Part shown: piece by piece, positions 29,676 through 42,104 of the stretch
Layout: each line of letters opens with the position of its first letter
Position numbering within the stretch: the first letter of the stretch is position 1
Origin: Harriotta raleighana
Taxonomy: Eukaryota
NCBI GenBank assembly: GCA_050575255.1
Contig: JBNZDD010013730.1
Span: 5,454,608-5,518,607, forward strand
Direction: 5' to 3'
Length of the DNA stretch: 64,000 nt
The notes under the pieces: model-generated
Seen by the model: the letters and a program-made list of their open reading frames with translations, nothing else
Told to the model about the DNA's origin: nothing
The model's database searches: none
Program-made: the position numbers and the translations under genes

Positions 29676-30195
29676 GTGTAAAGTATATTTGTGAATTTAC
29701 AGAAATCATACCTGGTATGCAAATACATAGTAGCAACATGTCCTCTTTTAACATTTATCTTTAGTGCTACATATGCTGCATAAATTATTTTTTCTGGCTG
29801 ATGATTTTACCCCACTGTTGTCTGGCATGGAATTGCCTTTGAGGAAGAGGATGTAGAGAGCTCAATGATCTGCCCATACTTCCGATACTTCTTTATTCAA
29901 TTCCAGATATTTCAGCGCATTTGTGAATGTGCACTTCTCATGATCATGAGAGCGGATCCTGCAGTCACACTTGTGGACTTGAGTGGCAGCAAAGACTTGC
30001 CACTGCCAGGTAAATCAATTGCTCTTTTGGTACGTCAATGCATACAGCTGCTGGAGACCATGTGTTCAAGAGGTCCACTCTCTCCTTTAAAACATAACGT
30101 TCTGCACCCTTGAGGCTTTTCAGGCTGGAATCCATACATCTCTTGATGATATCTGGGGCTACCCAAGTCGTGCAGCATTGACCTCTTATCAGACT

Positions 30196-30520
30196 ATCAA
30201 TCAATCAATCAATTCAAATTACATTCATTTAACGCCTTTCACGTTGGGAGAACGTCAGAAGGTGCTGTACAGTCAAGTAGGGATCAGAGTGGTGGGGGGG
30301 GGGTGGGGGGAGGGATCGGGGGAAGGAAAGTAGGACAAAAAATTGACTATATTTGTGGGCGAAACGTGGCAGCCAAATTGCGCACAGCAATGTCCCACAA
30401 ACAGTCATGGAAGCGGGTTTAGGGTAGAAAGGGGGAAAAGATGGCAAGGGAAGGGGTTGGGTAGGGGGGAGGAGATCAGGAAAAACCAACTAATATTTTT
30501 GGGCGAAATATACAGTTGGT
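30196..30520 (-). mobile_element. Related SINE/L2-tailed element with (TCAA)n tail
   Basis: (tcaa)n plus L2-type tail, G-rich spacer, then 30341-30410 nearly identical to the SINE core at 46503-46573. Confidence 0.7.
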
Positions 30521-32230
30521 TTTTCCTGCTCTCCTTCCCCCGACTATGTTTTAGAGGTTTCCATGAAAATTTAATTTAAAAAAAAATAAGATTCACAAAG
30601 CCAAATCCCCGCCATTTATCACCACACAGTCATATTTCAGTCCTCCTTCTCATACCGAGAACATTGCTGTGTTTTTAGAATTATCCGCATTTGATAATCC
30701 CTTGCAAAGTATATCATTCTTTAAAATTGCGTGCCGGTCACAATGGGATATTACCACGTAACTAAGAAATTCCTCTTTGCTGTAAAACCCTAAGGGATAA
30801 ATAGAAGTTGGGTGCTCAGAATGTAGTTTCTAATTAAACATCACATTCTGAAGATTAAGATAATGCATGTCAAAATTTTGTCATTACTTTAGTTTTGACA
30901 TATTGGTTTTAGGACATCCCTTAAGGTGCCACCTCTTCTTATCCCACATGTATCTCATTTGCGTAACAGCAATTCCACTAATTAGAGTAGGTTGGCTGGG
31001 GTTGATAATTATATAATCTATCCATATTTCTATTCTTTATGTCTGGTCGCCCAGTGTCTGACATGTTCATTTAATTAATACCTTATGCCAGAATTAAAGG
31101 TTTTTTAATGACCTAATTTGTTTTCAGTTTGGGGTTTATAGATCCTGCTGTATCTGCTTCTATTTCTGGAAAGCAATTTTTTTTTGACACTGTCGCTGTG
31201 CCACAGATCATAGGTCTAAATGAGATTCTTATTCAGTATGTTTCTGGCAATAGGATAGATAAGGAAAGCTGATCTAATTGGAACTGATTGAACCTGATAG
31301 AGTTGCAGTGGAAGGGTGTTTTCTTGCTATAATTCATCAGGATATACAGCTTCATACTGGACTGATCAACCTGTACAGGTCACCTTGTGCAGTTTACAAT
31401 CTGGCTGAAATTATTTTCAAATGCCAACCTATGCACAAGCTATCTTAGGCTGGAGGAACGGAGGAGCTTCTTGTAAATTAATTCAAATAGTGCTCAGTCC
31501 AAGAGAGAAAGTCCCTAAACCAGTGAAAACACAATAAAATGATTTTTGTATGCCCACCCCACTCTATTGCTCACCAAAACACACAAGCCTGCCCTCCAAA
31601 TTATGTTCCTGTACTTATTGTTGGTTCCTGAAAATTAATTGTTACTTCCTACTTTCTACTGTAAATTAAAATTGAAGGGTTTATGAGCATCATTCCTAAA
31701 ATCAATAAATATTTCTATGTATATGTTCAGTGGGTGTATTACATGGTTCGAGAAAAAATTAAAGGTTTATTAGCGAAATAGATGTGATCTTTTTAACCAT
31801 TCGACAAAGAATGAGAATGGTTTAAGTATTTATTGTGTTAAGATCTGTTTTAATGTGAAGTAATTCGCCAAATTATTCGTAAAATGTACAAAAAGCACAT
31901 GGGTTTTGCATTTTTTCAGACTAATAAGTAAGATATTCATTTCCTGTCTAAAAAATGTTCATTAAATGTAGCTTTGCTGCATTCAAAATAATTACACTGA
32001 ACATATGGATACATCAGATTGAATAGTAAAGCACTAACAACTTGCTCCATCAAGCTTTCCTCATAATTACACTAAATAAATATGTTTGGTCTTAATGAAT
32101 ACATTTTTTTAAAATGGTATTGTATTAATTATAAATATAGGATTGGTATGCAATCCTTTATCAAAACAATCTGTATTGCATCAAAAATCATCATTCCATT
32201 ACAGTAATTTATCCCATCCTATTCCATCAA

Positions 32231-32800
32231 ATAGCTCAGTAATTGGAGCACTCGCTTTACAAGCGTGAGACCTGTGTTCAAATCCAGGCAGGTCAGGGCA
32301 AAACCGTGGAAAAGTTTTCTTACTCCACATGCCTAATAATAAACCCTCAAAAAAAAAAAAAAATTGGTCATTTCAATCCATGACTGTTTGTGGGACATTG
32401 CCGAGCTACATTTGCCCACAAATATACAGTCAATTCACTTTGCAGTATGTACTGTGACGCACTTTGAGAAGTCTAGAACAGCGGTTCTCAACCAGGGTTA
32501 CATGGGGGTACAGGAGGTACATTGCTTTATTTAGCTCTCTCATTTAGCATTTTATAGCCTTCCAAATTTATATAGAATTGTTATTCCCCTCGTTTTGTAT
32601 GTGCTAGTTATTTTGTTGCATAAGAAAAGCTTGGTTGTAAAATGCAAGTGAAATGAGTGGGGGTGGTGGTCAGTATGTATGTGGGGGTACATGATAATGT
32701 TGAAAATTAACAAGGGGTACATTACTGAAAAAGGTTGAGAACCACTGGTCCAGAAGACGTGAAAAGTGCTATATCAAAATGCAAGGATTATTATTTATTA
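32231..32800 (+). mobile_element. Full-length tRNA-derived SINE interrupted by a hAT MITE
   Basis: A box tagctcagt, B box tgttcaaatcc. The body continues across the 32479-32747 insert into gacgtgaaaagtgctatatcaaaatgcaaggattatt. Confidence 0.88.
32479..32747. mobile_element. hAT (Charlie-like) MITE, 269 bp
   Basis: 15-bp TIRs CAGCGGTTCTCAACC / GGTTGAGAACCACTG (14/15 match). 8-bp TSD gtctagaa / gtccagaa. Confidence 0.9.
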
Positions 32801-34134
32801 TCAAAACATTTCATTTCATTTTAAAATCTATTATTCAAAGTCCTATATCTGCAAATGATGTGTACAGTTAGTATAACTCTTCCCCATCCCATTCCCATGC
32901 ATGCACTACATTAGAAAACGCTTTAATCCATTGGAGTACATCCCATCTGATAGTTCAGTGGGTAAATACACTATTCCCATTTGATACCAAGTTACACAAA
33001 GCAGGAAGGTTTCATCTTTCATCTCTGTCCTGAGATCAGTTAGGGTGCTACAACTAGCTTTGTATTCCAAATATATTCCTTTGCAGTTTCACTTACCTCA
33101 TTTGTCCTTATTCTTGATGTGGTACGATTTATGTGTCAACCTCTTGTAGTCGCCATCCTTCTCCGACCCCCTTTCCATTATCCCAGTCCCATGAATACAC
33201 CACAGATATTTAAGGCTGGAAATTTTTCTTTCACATTGTTCCCTTGTGGGGCTCAGAATCAAGTCTCTAAGCCTATTTAAATCCTCACAGATGTCATATC
33301 ACATTGTGAGCTTATCTGTGGTTGGGGCACTTTGTATAATAGTCCTAATGGGCATCTTTACCGCAGAACATTACAGAGTACAAAGCAATAACAATACACT
33401 AGTTGCCACTGAATGATCAGATCCCAGAATCAGCTCTGTATTATCTTGGTGATCAGTACAAACATAAATTCACAGATACCACATTTTGAAACAGTTGCAA
33501 ATTTACAGCTGATTAGCATCAAAATGGTCAAATGTAAGAAAGTGTGAAGCTATTTAATCCAATGAATAGTTTGTGATAAAATCTCTCCGCTCTTGACCTT
33601 GGAGTTGGCCTGACCTACAAAGCAGGAGATTCACATCAGACTGATGTAAACAACAGATACAAATCTCCTAGTCTCCTCGCCTTTTCTGCAGGAAAGGAAA
33701 ACTCAATGAATGCATTAGTCTGGTAAGTTAATACCGTCTGGTATATGAACTGAATCAGAGCAGAATTAAGCCTAAACCCTGGGAGATCACATTCAGTTCA
33801 GATCATCTTGATTCAAACTGAATGGCATCTCTGCAGGGGGAATGTAGTATTAATAGGGCATTCACATCAGTGAGCTGCACACTTGACTCAAACTCCGAGA
33901 TGTAGGAAGATTTACACTGCTAGACATTGAATCAAAGTGCTTTCAAAAAAGCCTCAAATCCAGAATGCCAGAGAACTGGGGAGCTTTCACCTTCCACCAA
34001 TTGCAAATTTGATTTCTCCCAACGCTTATGTTACAGGTGAGAGTAAAAATTATATTTCTTGTAGGGAGTTAAACTCAAAATAAACAGTCAAAACTCACTA
34101 ATAAGGACAGAAAGTTGACTCACGTGAGTTTGTA

Positions 34135-34480
34135 TTCCAATTAACAATTCATTCTCTTTGGGAGGATGTCTCAAGACTCTTAATAGAGCCAAGTGGGAAC
34201 CCATGCTGATGTGGGGAGACTTGACCAATGCAAGGAGGAATAGCGACCAAAATCGCGATAGAAAAGTTTAAGGTGGAATTTATGGTGGGGAGAGATGGGC
34301 TGAGGCTGAAGGATTGCAGTCGGAGTTCCAGAGAGCTGGGGTGGAGGTCAAATTGGGCAGGAGAAGGCAGGCGATGTCACCTGCGTGGAGGGTGCCGCAG
34401 GGAGGGAGGGTTTTTATGAGGCTGCAAAAGTAGGGCAGGATGAATTGGATGTACAGAGGTTTGGGGGGCGGTGGCAGGAA
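34135..34480 (-). mobile_element. Decayed L2 3' fragment
   Basis: gggaggatgtctcaag tail remnant followed by the purine-rich ggagttccagagag.tgggg block also seen at 1355-1376. Confidence 0.55.
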
Positions 34481-35289
34481 GCCATATATAATGAGCTACA
34501 AAAAGCATATCACAGTAATGGGAGACATTTTAAATTCATTTTCACTGTTACTAGAAGAAGGAAAACAGAATAGCCAAATGAATGTATAGATGTTCAGCAA
34601 AGGGTGGTTTAGCTAGAAATAACAGATTAAGCAATAGTTCAGGCAAAGGATTTTAATGACTGTGCTTTTACAATTAGGTTATCATTTTTAATAATGTGGT
34701 TAGACAACCAGAAATCAGTTGCACATCAAAATAAATGAAGTTAAGAAAAATGTAATTATTTTGTCCTTGGTTGCAAGACCGATAATACTTATGCAAGCAA
34801 AATGAACAAATTATGGAAAGGGAAAGAAATCAATACTCCAGCAAAATATAACTGCACAGAGGAAAATAGAAAAACAATCAGTATCTGGAGTACAAGAAGA
34901 AGTACTGTACCAGTGAGCACACGGAATTGTAACATTCACAGTAAGGACACAAGGACAGAGATTGAGCACTGGGTTTGTGTTCAAGGAAAAATCAGTGAGT
35001 TTTCTATTTGTGAGTTCAATCCATTATCGAATGCGGCTTGCTGAGTGCAACAGCGGATATAGGCTTAGCGTAAAGCAGTGCAAACCAGAAAAAGGAAATT
35101 ATGGTGGTAGTTTTAGTTTCTTTTAAATATCTCATGTGCAACAATTCCTAGTACCACCCATGGAAGTAGCAGTAATCTCTGATGCTAACTGTGACCTTTG
35201 TTTGAGGGGCATCGTTATAATAATTCTAATTATGAAGGATTATCATAAAGGGGTTATCATAAATCCACAGGTGAAACAAATGTGCACAC

Positions 35290-35720
35290 CAATAACAAGA
35301 AAATTACAAGACTGAGGACGTCAGGAGGACTCCCAAGGTGCTGGACACTCATTGTTTCAGACACGAGCTGGGGTCGGGGTTGGGGAAGGTGGAGGGAAAG
35401 GTGGGGGGAATTTGGGGTGATCGAAGAGGAGGGTCTTGAGACAGGACTTGAAGGAGGTTAGGGAGGGGGAGAGGTGGAGGGACTGTGGGATGGAGTTTCA
35501 CAGGAGTGGCTGAACTTTCGCCCGTGGGTCGGGGACATGGAGCAGGCCGGAGCCTGCTGAATGGAGGAAGCGGGCAAATTGGTAGGGGGGGTTAAGAGGT
35601 AATAGAGGTAGTGTAGGAATGAGGCCAAGGAGGGCTTTGAATGTGAGGACCAGGATCTTGAATTGAATCCTCTAGGTGATGGGGGAGATGTTGTCATGGG
35701 TGACCATAAGCATGGTTGAA
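35290..35720 (-). mobile_element. L2 3' fragment
   Basis: acgtcaggaggactcccaaggtgctggaca tail. Frameshifted IQFKILVLTFKAL-type ORF2 end at 35625-35670. Confidence 0.75.
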
Positions 35721-37255
35721 GAGGAGGGTCTTCATATGAGGGTTTTCATATGGGATGGAGAAGTTTTTTTAAAAATGGTAAATTTTGATATGATTGATAT
35801 CAAGGTTGTAATTATAAACCAATGAGCATGAATATCAAAGAATCTACAGATTCTTAGCGACATGAACTAAATTAAGACATGAACTGCCTTAAACTCTGCA
35901 ACCAGTATAGATAAATTTTCACTAATTGGCAATTAGAGGAAACACAATAATGGCAACTAACATTTATATATCTGCTTTCACACCGGATAGCGTCCCAGAG
36001 TACCGACACGTGAGAAGATTAGTCTCAATGAAATGATGGACATTCAGGCAATTTATCGGGAAGTATATCCTATCCTGACAGGATCACGGCCCAAGTTGTC
36101 CAGCCTGGTTGGCAGCACAAAATAAATCATTTTTGCAAAGCAATTGATGGGGTCCTAAAAATTTCTATTAAATTAATTCAGATGTTTAGAATCATTAGGA
36201 TAAACTTCTCACTTCACTGCTTTTTTGGGGAGTGGTGATTGGAGTGTAACAATGAATCCAGAGAATTTCATCGTCTATTTAAAACGTTGTGCAAACGTAA
36301 TGTCATCACAGAAAAACAAGCAGAATATAAAAGAACATTGTATTGATTATTTTGATGTGGGAAGGTTTATACAACTGAAATATGGATAAAAGGATCAAGA
36401 TCAATTCATAGCAGTAGATTCCTGGAGGTAAATGACCGTTATTAATGATTGATTAAAACTGACTGCAGACCCGTGCCCCTGAAGATTAATAGCTTTGGAA
36501 GAGAAATGGATGCTTAGTAGACAGTTTTCTAAATAAGAGTTACAGCTCTCTGATGTAAATCTTTTTGCTGTTACGGTAATTAAAATTTTACAGTGATGAT
36601 TTGTTGTGTTTTACCATAACCTGGATCACTAAACTCTGACAGATTTACTATGTTAACTAATACAGAACCTGAACTCTGCTATTTTCTTCATCACTGAGCT
36701 TTGAGCAATAACAACTTGTACATTTGGGTAATAAAGCTGTACAAACTGCAGACTCAAGGCCTTTACCATTCTTTGCAATAGTGGAAAGCTTGAGATCCAA
36801 TGATTGCTTCAAAGCTTAGTTAATAATTCTACACTATATTTAACATGAAACAAATATTTATCTAGCGTACTCGCTTAATTTGGAATGCAATTGAAATATT
36901 GTGTAATACATACAATTGCAGAAACTTTAACCATTGATAACATTTTAATTAGGTTTGGGGACTATAATCATTACTTTGCTAAATGATTATGATGATCATA
37001 ACAATAAGAATGAAGCAATATTTCCAGCAACATCACAGTTTAATGCTCCCATGTAACACAGTATTTACACAAGGGAATATGCCATTTGAAATTAAAATGC
37101 CGAAGACCAAACTACCCGGTAAAGCCACTGCTGGGAGTGAATCTGAGCTGTACAGATCAGAAATGTCCCAGATTTGCTTCCCCCATCTGTGCTTAGCAAG
37201 AGCTGCAGAGGCAGGTGACGTGCTGTAATCGACTTCAATGTCATAATACAGTACA

Positions 37256-37362
37256 GTAATAATAATCCTTACATTTGATATAGTGCCTTATCATGTCTTC
37301 AAGGTGTCTCAAAAGAGCAGCACAGAATACTGCAAAATGAATTGACTGTAATATTGTGTGGG
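37256..37362 (-). mobile_element. tRNA-SINE 3' half
   Basis: taataataatccttacatttgatatag... matches the family tail. Confidence 0.7.
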
Positions 37363-38280
37363 GCGTCATGGGCTACAGAAAGGATGGAAAATTAATAAGG
37401 AATCCCTCTCCCATTTACTATGCAGTGGGAGTTTATATGTGAGTGAGTCGGGTGAGAATGTGAATGCATTGATTGTGTGATGGCTTTGGGTGAAAATGTG
37501 ATCATGCCAATCTGTAAAGATACCCATAGTCAAAAAATGTGCCTACCCAGGATAGTACATGAAGACTAGGCAATGGGGAAAATCATCCCCCAGCATAAAC
37601 TTGTGCCTACTGAAATACAAGGAGGAAAATTGAACAGGGAATAGAAAGCAATTTACCTGGTACTTCATAATTGCACATGAAGCGTTTTAATTGGAATCCT
37701 TGGTGGAAACAAAATTGCCCAGTACATCAAAACATCCCCAATCCATTAGTATTGATTTCAATACATTAGAAATAAGTTGATGCTTTAGAATAGATTTCCT
37801 GTGTTATAAAGCAAAAGACGTCATCAACCATGTCCAAATGTATTGGCAGCACCTGAGTTATATGTCATGGTTGAAAAATACAAGTGAATCAACACTGGAT
37901 GCTATACTCTTCTGAAAACCTGAAACAAATCCTGATGCTAATCTAGAAATATGCTCTTCTACAAATGACTCAATTCCAACCAATTGATATTGTGATTATT
38001 TGGTATTTTCTGTGTGCTTTGCTCTGGTATCAGGTACATGACAATTTTGAATTGCAGTTTGAAAAGAGAAGGTGCAACTGTAGAACAAAACAGTGTGGCA
38101 GTGAAATGCATTGCTGCTCTGACATGACCCAGGATTAAGCTTGGGATATTTCTTGGGGCTGCAGAGAATAGCACTGTACCATAACATGTCCGTTTGTTCA
38201 ATGAGCCATTAGCAATCATCCCTCAGTTAAACTTCATCTTAAATCTTTTCTGTCTAATATACAACCAGTTACAACTAATA

Positions 38281-38618
38281 CAGGGGTCTCCAACCAGTCG
38301 ATCAAAACCCACACCAGTGCAGGCAAAGTTCCAGTAGCTCTGAGCTGTGAAACACATGGTGAGACCATCAATGAAGAACATTTCTAAATAGAAAAAAATA
38401 TTTTCTGGCTGACCATAAATGTTGGCGACGACTGGGGCCTGTCAAGTAAAGGCCGGCTGAGCATTCGCCCTCAACTAGGTAACTGTGTGTGTTCGATCAA
38501 TAGTTTGCTTCCAGTTTGTTTATTGATGGAATATTTCTTGATTTATGGGCATCAATCAAGAAATAGCCAATGCTGGAAATTTATTTTGTTGGCTGACCCA
38601 AAAAGTTGTCCACCACTG
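38281..38618. mobile_element. Possible old hAT/Charlie-like MITE
   Basis: Ends CAGGGGTCTCCAACC / AAAAAGTTGTCCACCACTG resemble hAT termini, but no intact TSD. Confidence 0.4.
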
Positions 38619-39046
38619 GCTTTGACTGTCCTCTGTCACAAGTTCGGATTCTTTTCCTGGAACCATCTTTTTCTCATGCCCAATTTAAAATATAGGTAAA
38701 CATTACACACCTCACCTAGATTGGGGCCATCATCCAGAGACAAAACAATATATGTACAGAACTTCATTTAAATAATAAAATGTAAAATATTGATTATGAA
38801 TAATATTTAGCGTGCAATCACAAAATTGACTTTTTTAACCTAAATATTCAATCAAACTAATAGGCTCCCATTTAATGTAATGGTAATTACATAATTGTAA
38901 TGTAAACTGTCAGCCATAATTAAAATGTTGAACCTAATGGGCCATTGGCATATAACGCTAAAATTAATTTGCTGTGAAAATATGTAGCTTTACAGTAGAT
39001 TTAAAGGCTAAATAAATTTGAGACATGCAGGCGATATTTTAAGACA

Positions 39047-39125
39047 CCATAGAATTTACAGCACAGAAGAAGGCCATTTAACTTACTGTTTTAGCCATTT
39101 AGCTGGCTCTTTTGAGGGTAATTAT
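39047..39125 (-). mobile_element. CR1-type 3' tail remnant
   Basis: catagaatttacagcacagaagaaggccattt is close to the reverse complement of 46787-46818. Confidence 0.6.
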
Positions 39126-39354
39126 CTCAGTCCCATTTACCATAAACCCAGAATTTACTCAGAGAACCAAGTAAATTTTGTATCAATGTGTGCTTGGTAA
39201 CTGGACTCGTAATTAATCCCTAAATTACATTTATGGCAGAAACATAACAAAACAGGGGTATCAGAGGTGCTTGAAGGGGAATGTAAATCGCGCAGCTGCA
39301 GTAATACAAATGTGCCCTTATTTGATCCATTCAAAAGAAAACCCTCACCTGCTT

Positions 39355-40698
39355 CAGATTATTTGCAAAATTCGCACATTTATTTACTGTCAAACAAGTG
39401 TTAAAATTGTACATCGGGTATTAGTGGTGCGGTTTCAGTATTAACAGGAATACACAAAAAGGATGATGGAAGCAAACATATGCTGGAACCATCTGGATCT
39501 GCTTTAGACTGTGCTAAATAAATAAATTTCTGAGGATGTCGGCAGAATAAAACATGGTAAGGTGACATCCACGGTTCAACAGACCATACTGCTTCTTTGA
39601 TTAACTGGACAAGATTGTTGCAACGGTATTTCAAGTGCCATTTGCCCTCTCCCATTCCCCCCGCAAAGTACTGTATATTACATTAAAAGAAATTAACCTA
39701 ATATCACCAAATTGTGCAAGGCATGGCATAATTGGCTTAACTACTTAGTAAAGATTCCAGTAGGAGTTTTAACCGGCATAAATGATACAATTCTTTTGGC
39801 CAATATTTTTTAAAAAAAAACATCAGAACTGCTGGATCAGCAATCCTGATTCTTATATCAGAGAGGGGAGGGGGGGGAAACACTGCTTACAAGAATAGGA
39901 GAAATGAATTGGAAATGGGAAAGCTCCTTATTTAAATCTACACAATGAACAAAGTTTAAGAAAGAAAAAACACAGTTTATATCATATGTGCAACCAAGAG
40001 CTTTACACAATAGTTCATTTTTTTTTAAATTCTCTTAAAGATCATTTATATTTAGGTTTGACATGTATTTGTTTATTTTACACTAGCAATACAACAAAAT
40101 ATATTTTCTTTAGCCAATTCTCAGTGAGAACAGACAACTGTACAGCTGAGGAAAGGTGAGGAATAAGGCCTGTGGCTGGACTGCTAGTAGTTGAAGAGGT
40201 TTCCTTATTCGTAAACTGGATGGAGGCAACCTGTTGTTAACTGAAGAATGATGCAAAGCTCTTCCTGCTTTCAACAAAGTCTCTCCAGGAGTATTAAGGT
40301 ACAATAGATAACTTTCACAGGGTTCTGAGACCTGTCTCTCGTAGATAATGCAAGGCTGGGGGAGGGAAAAAAAAACAAGATGCAACTATATATACAACTT
40401 TGTTTTAAACTGGTGTACTGGAAATGGCCAGAAGTTCTCTCACTGCATTCTTGAAATCTGTAGCAGTGTGTGTGGGTGTGAAGACTGATGATTTGTCTTG
40501 TTTTTTGTTTTGCCATGAACCATACATTTCTGTGTATCTACGGAGTTCTTCTCTCATGAGCTCTCTCAGAACTGCAGGTAGGTCCTAGCCATTTTCCTGT
40601 ACAATGTAAAAGCACCACAGGTCAGTCAGTACACCGTCCGTTCAGATAAGATATGAGGGCACCTGCAAAGGTCCTTTTGAATTTTAAACATGTGCGTT
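39355..40698 (-). other. ADGRL2: ADGRL2 3' UTR (end approximate)
   Basis: Follows the stop codon. No recognisable repeats, U-rich on the minus strand. AATAAA on the minus strand at 40072-40077 and 39379-39384. Repeats resume below ~39110. Confidence 0.7.
39379..39384 (-). terminator. Candidate polyadenylation signal AATAAA
   Basis: tttatt on the + strand at the distal end of the repeat-free UTR block. Confidence 0.5.
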
Positions 40699-41456
40699 TT
40701 ACAGACTTGTTACTAGCTGCATCTGTCCTTCCCTCACATCCCCTTCTGGAATACATCCTTCCTTGTTAATAGGAATAATATACCCATCACTATTGCCCCT
40801 GCTGATTTGATAGTATGTCTGGAGTTGGTTGCCAGAACCGAGGTTGGGCATGCTCTTGTAGTAAACATCCTCATTTTCACTCCTTTTGGAGGGCGACAAG
40901 TCTTCTTCAGCTTCCGGGCTACTCTCTGGATAAGGAGAGTCTCTCAGGTTGGGCATGCTAGTGTAAAGGGAGTCTCTGTTTGGGGATTGTAGGTGATCTT
41001 CTACCGCTACTGTAAGCTCAGCAACATAAGGGTCGTTCGTTTCAAGCTTCACTTTTTTCTGCTGATGGTACAGAAGAGAGTGAGTTCGTTGAGGAATCAG
41101 AGGGGCTTCAAGCTCTTTATGGTGATGTTCCCCAGCGCTGTCCCCATGCACCAAAGATGATGCATCTGCTACGATGGCGTCATCTTCGCTGCTGCTCCCA
41201 CCACCAACGACCACTTTGTTTGGCAAGTTGCGATCAATGTTATGGTTCTTGTTTACTCCTCGAAGATTGTTGTGCACAAGTTCAGAAATGATCATTTTCT
41301 CAAAAGCAGTGTCGCCCAGGCTCATACCACAGTCAACTACCTGCACGCTGTCATTAGTGAAGTCCCCATTTCGAATTGAGTAGCTATTGTTGAAGTTTCC
41401 ATTAAGTGGTAGAGTATCCATTGCACTTGTATCCCTGGCGTTGTTCAGTGAATGGC
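40699..41456 (-). CDS. ADGRL2: ADGRL2 terminal coding exon ([27 protein letters not shown]...[15 protein letters not shown]), class I PDZ-binding motif
   Basis: 240-aa ORF 40699..41421 extended to acceptor tttcag|GC at 41456. [31 protein letters not shown] and [17 protein letters not shown] identify ADGRL2 rather than ADGRL1/3. Confidence 0.98.
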
Positions 41457-42052
41457 CTGAAACAACAGGAGAGACATTTCAATACAAGCAGTAAATTTGC
41501 ATTTTTCTCCAAGTAGGAAAAACTTTAATGTAGTTCAGGACAAAATGATGATGCTAAAATTTGTACAGCGTTCAGGATAAAAATATCTGAAAGAGAAGAA
41601 AAAAAACCCTTTGCCCTCGTGATTTAAATAATTCATATTTTAATCTGTGGTGAAGGGAAAGATGGAAATTTTCAGTGTTTACCTGTACAATTGCTTTCAC
41701 ACTCCACACCCTTGCATATTTAATGCAGAACCAATAGATACTGCGGGATTTTATGCAATATGCAAAAGACAAAACAAAGTGGGTTTTGTCCTGAACAACC
41801 TTAAATCTGACATTGGAAAAAAATACAATCTACACAAAGTGGGTGCAAATCACAAAGGAAACCCAGACACTAGCAGGCAACTACTTAACAGTCCTTCTCT
41901 AGTGAAACATCATGGAGGTAAATAAAGGATGGAAAAAATGGACAAATACAAAGTAAGCATGACAAACACAGCCAGTCATCCTTCACGCTACAAGTATTAG
42001 GGTCCACAAGCATCATCCGAAAACACCACAGACAGCAGGTGGAACGACTCAC

Positions 42053-42104
42053 TTGGACAACTCACATCAAGTCTGTCTGCTCAGGCTATCTGGTCTAAGA
42101 GTAG
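42053..42104 (-). CDS. ADGRL2: ADGRL2 alternative 52-nt stop-containing cassette exon (LLLDQIA* in frame 0)
   Basis: Acceptor ctttcttttatatatcag|CTA, donor CAA|gtgagt. Peptide resembles the ...LLLGQIA* end of short mammalian ADGRL2 isoforms (from memory). Confidence 0.75.

Noticed and set aside
35365-35500. G-run clusters with G-quadruplex potential (also 1-30, 30288-30325, 30420-30470)
   Set aside because: Explained by the C-rich 3' regions of L2-type elements.
119-39200. Dozens of 60-160 aa ORFs in the ORF track
   Set aside because: No recognisable domains, many start at non-ATG codons, several overlap SINE/LINE remnants, and no exon chain links them. Expected noise in vertebrate intergenic DNA.
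41134-41150. GCGCTGTCC REST/RE1 half-site
   Set aside because: The second half-site is absent and it lies within coding sequence.
40807-41383. Antisense ORFs overlapping the last exon
   Set aside because: Short shadows of the ADGRL2 coding strand with no independent support.
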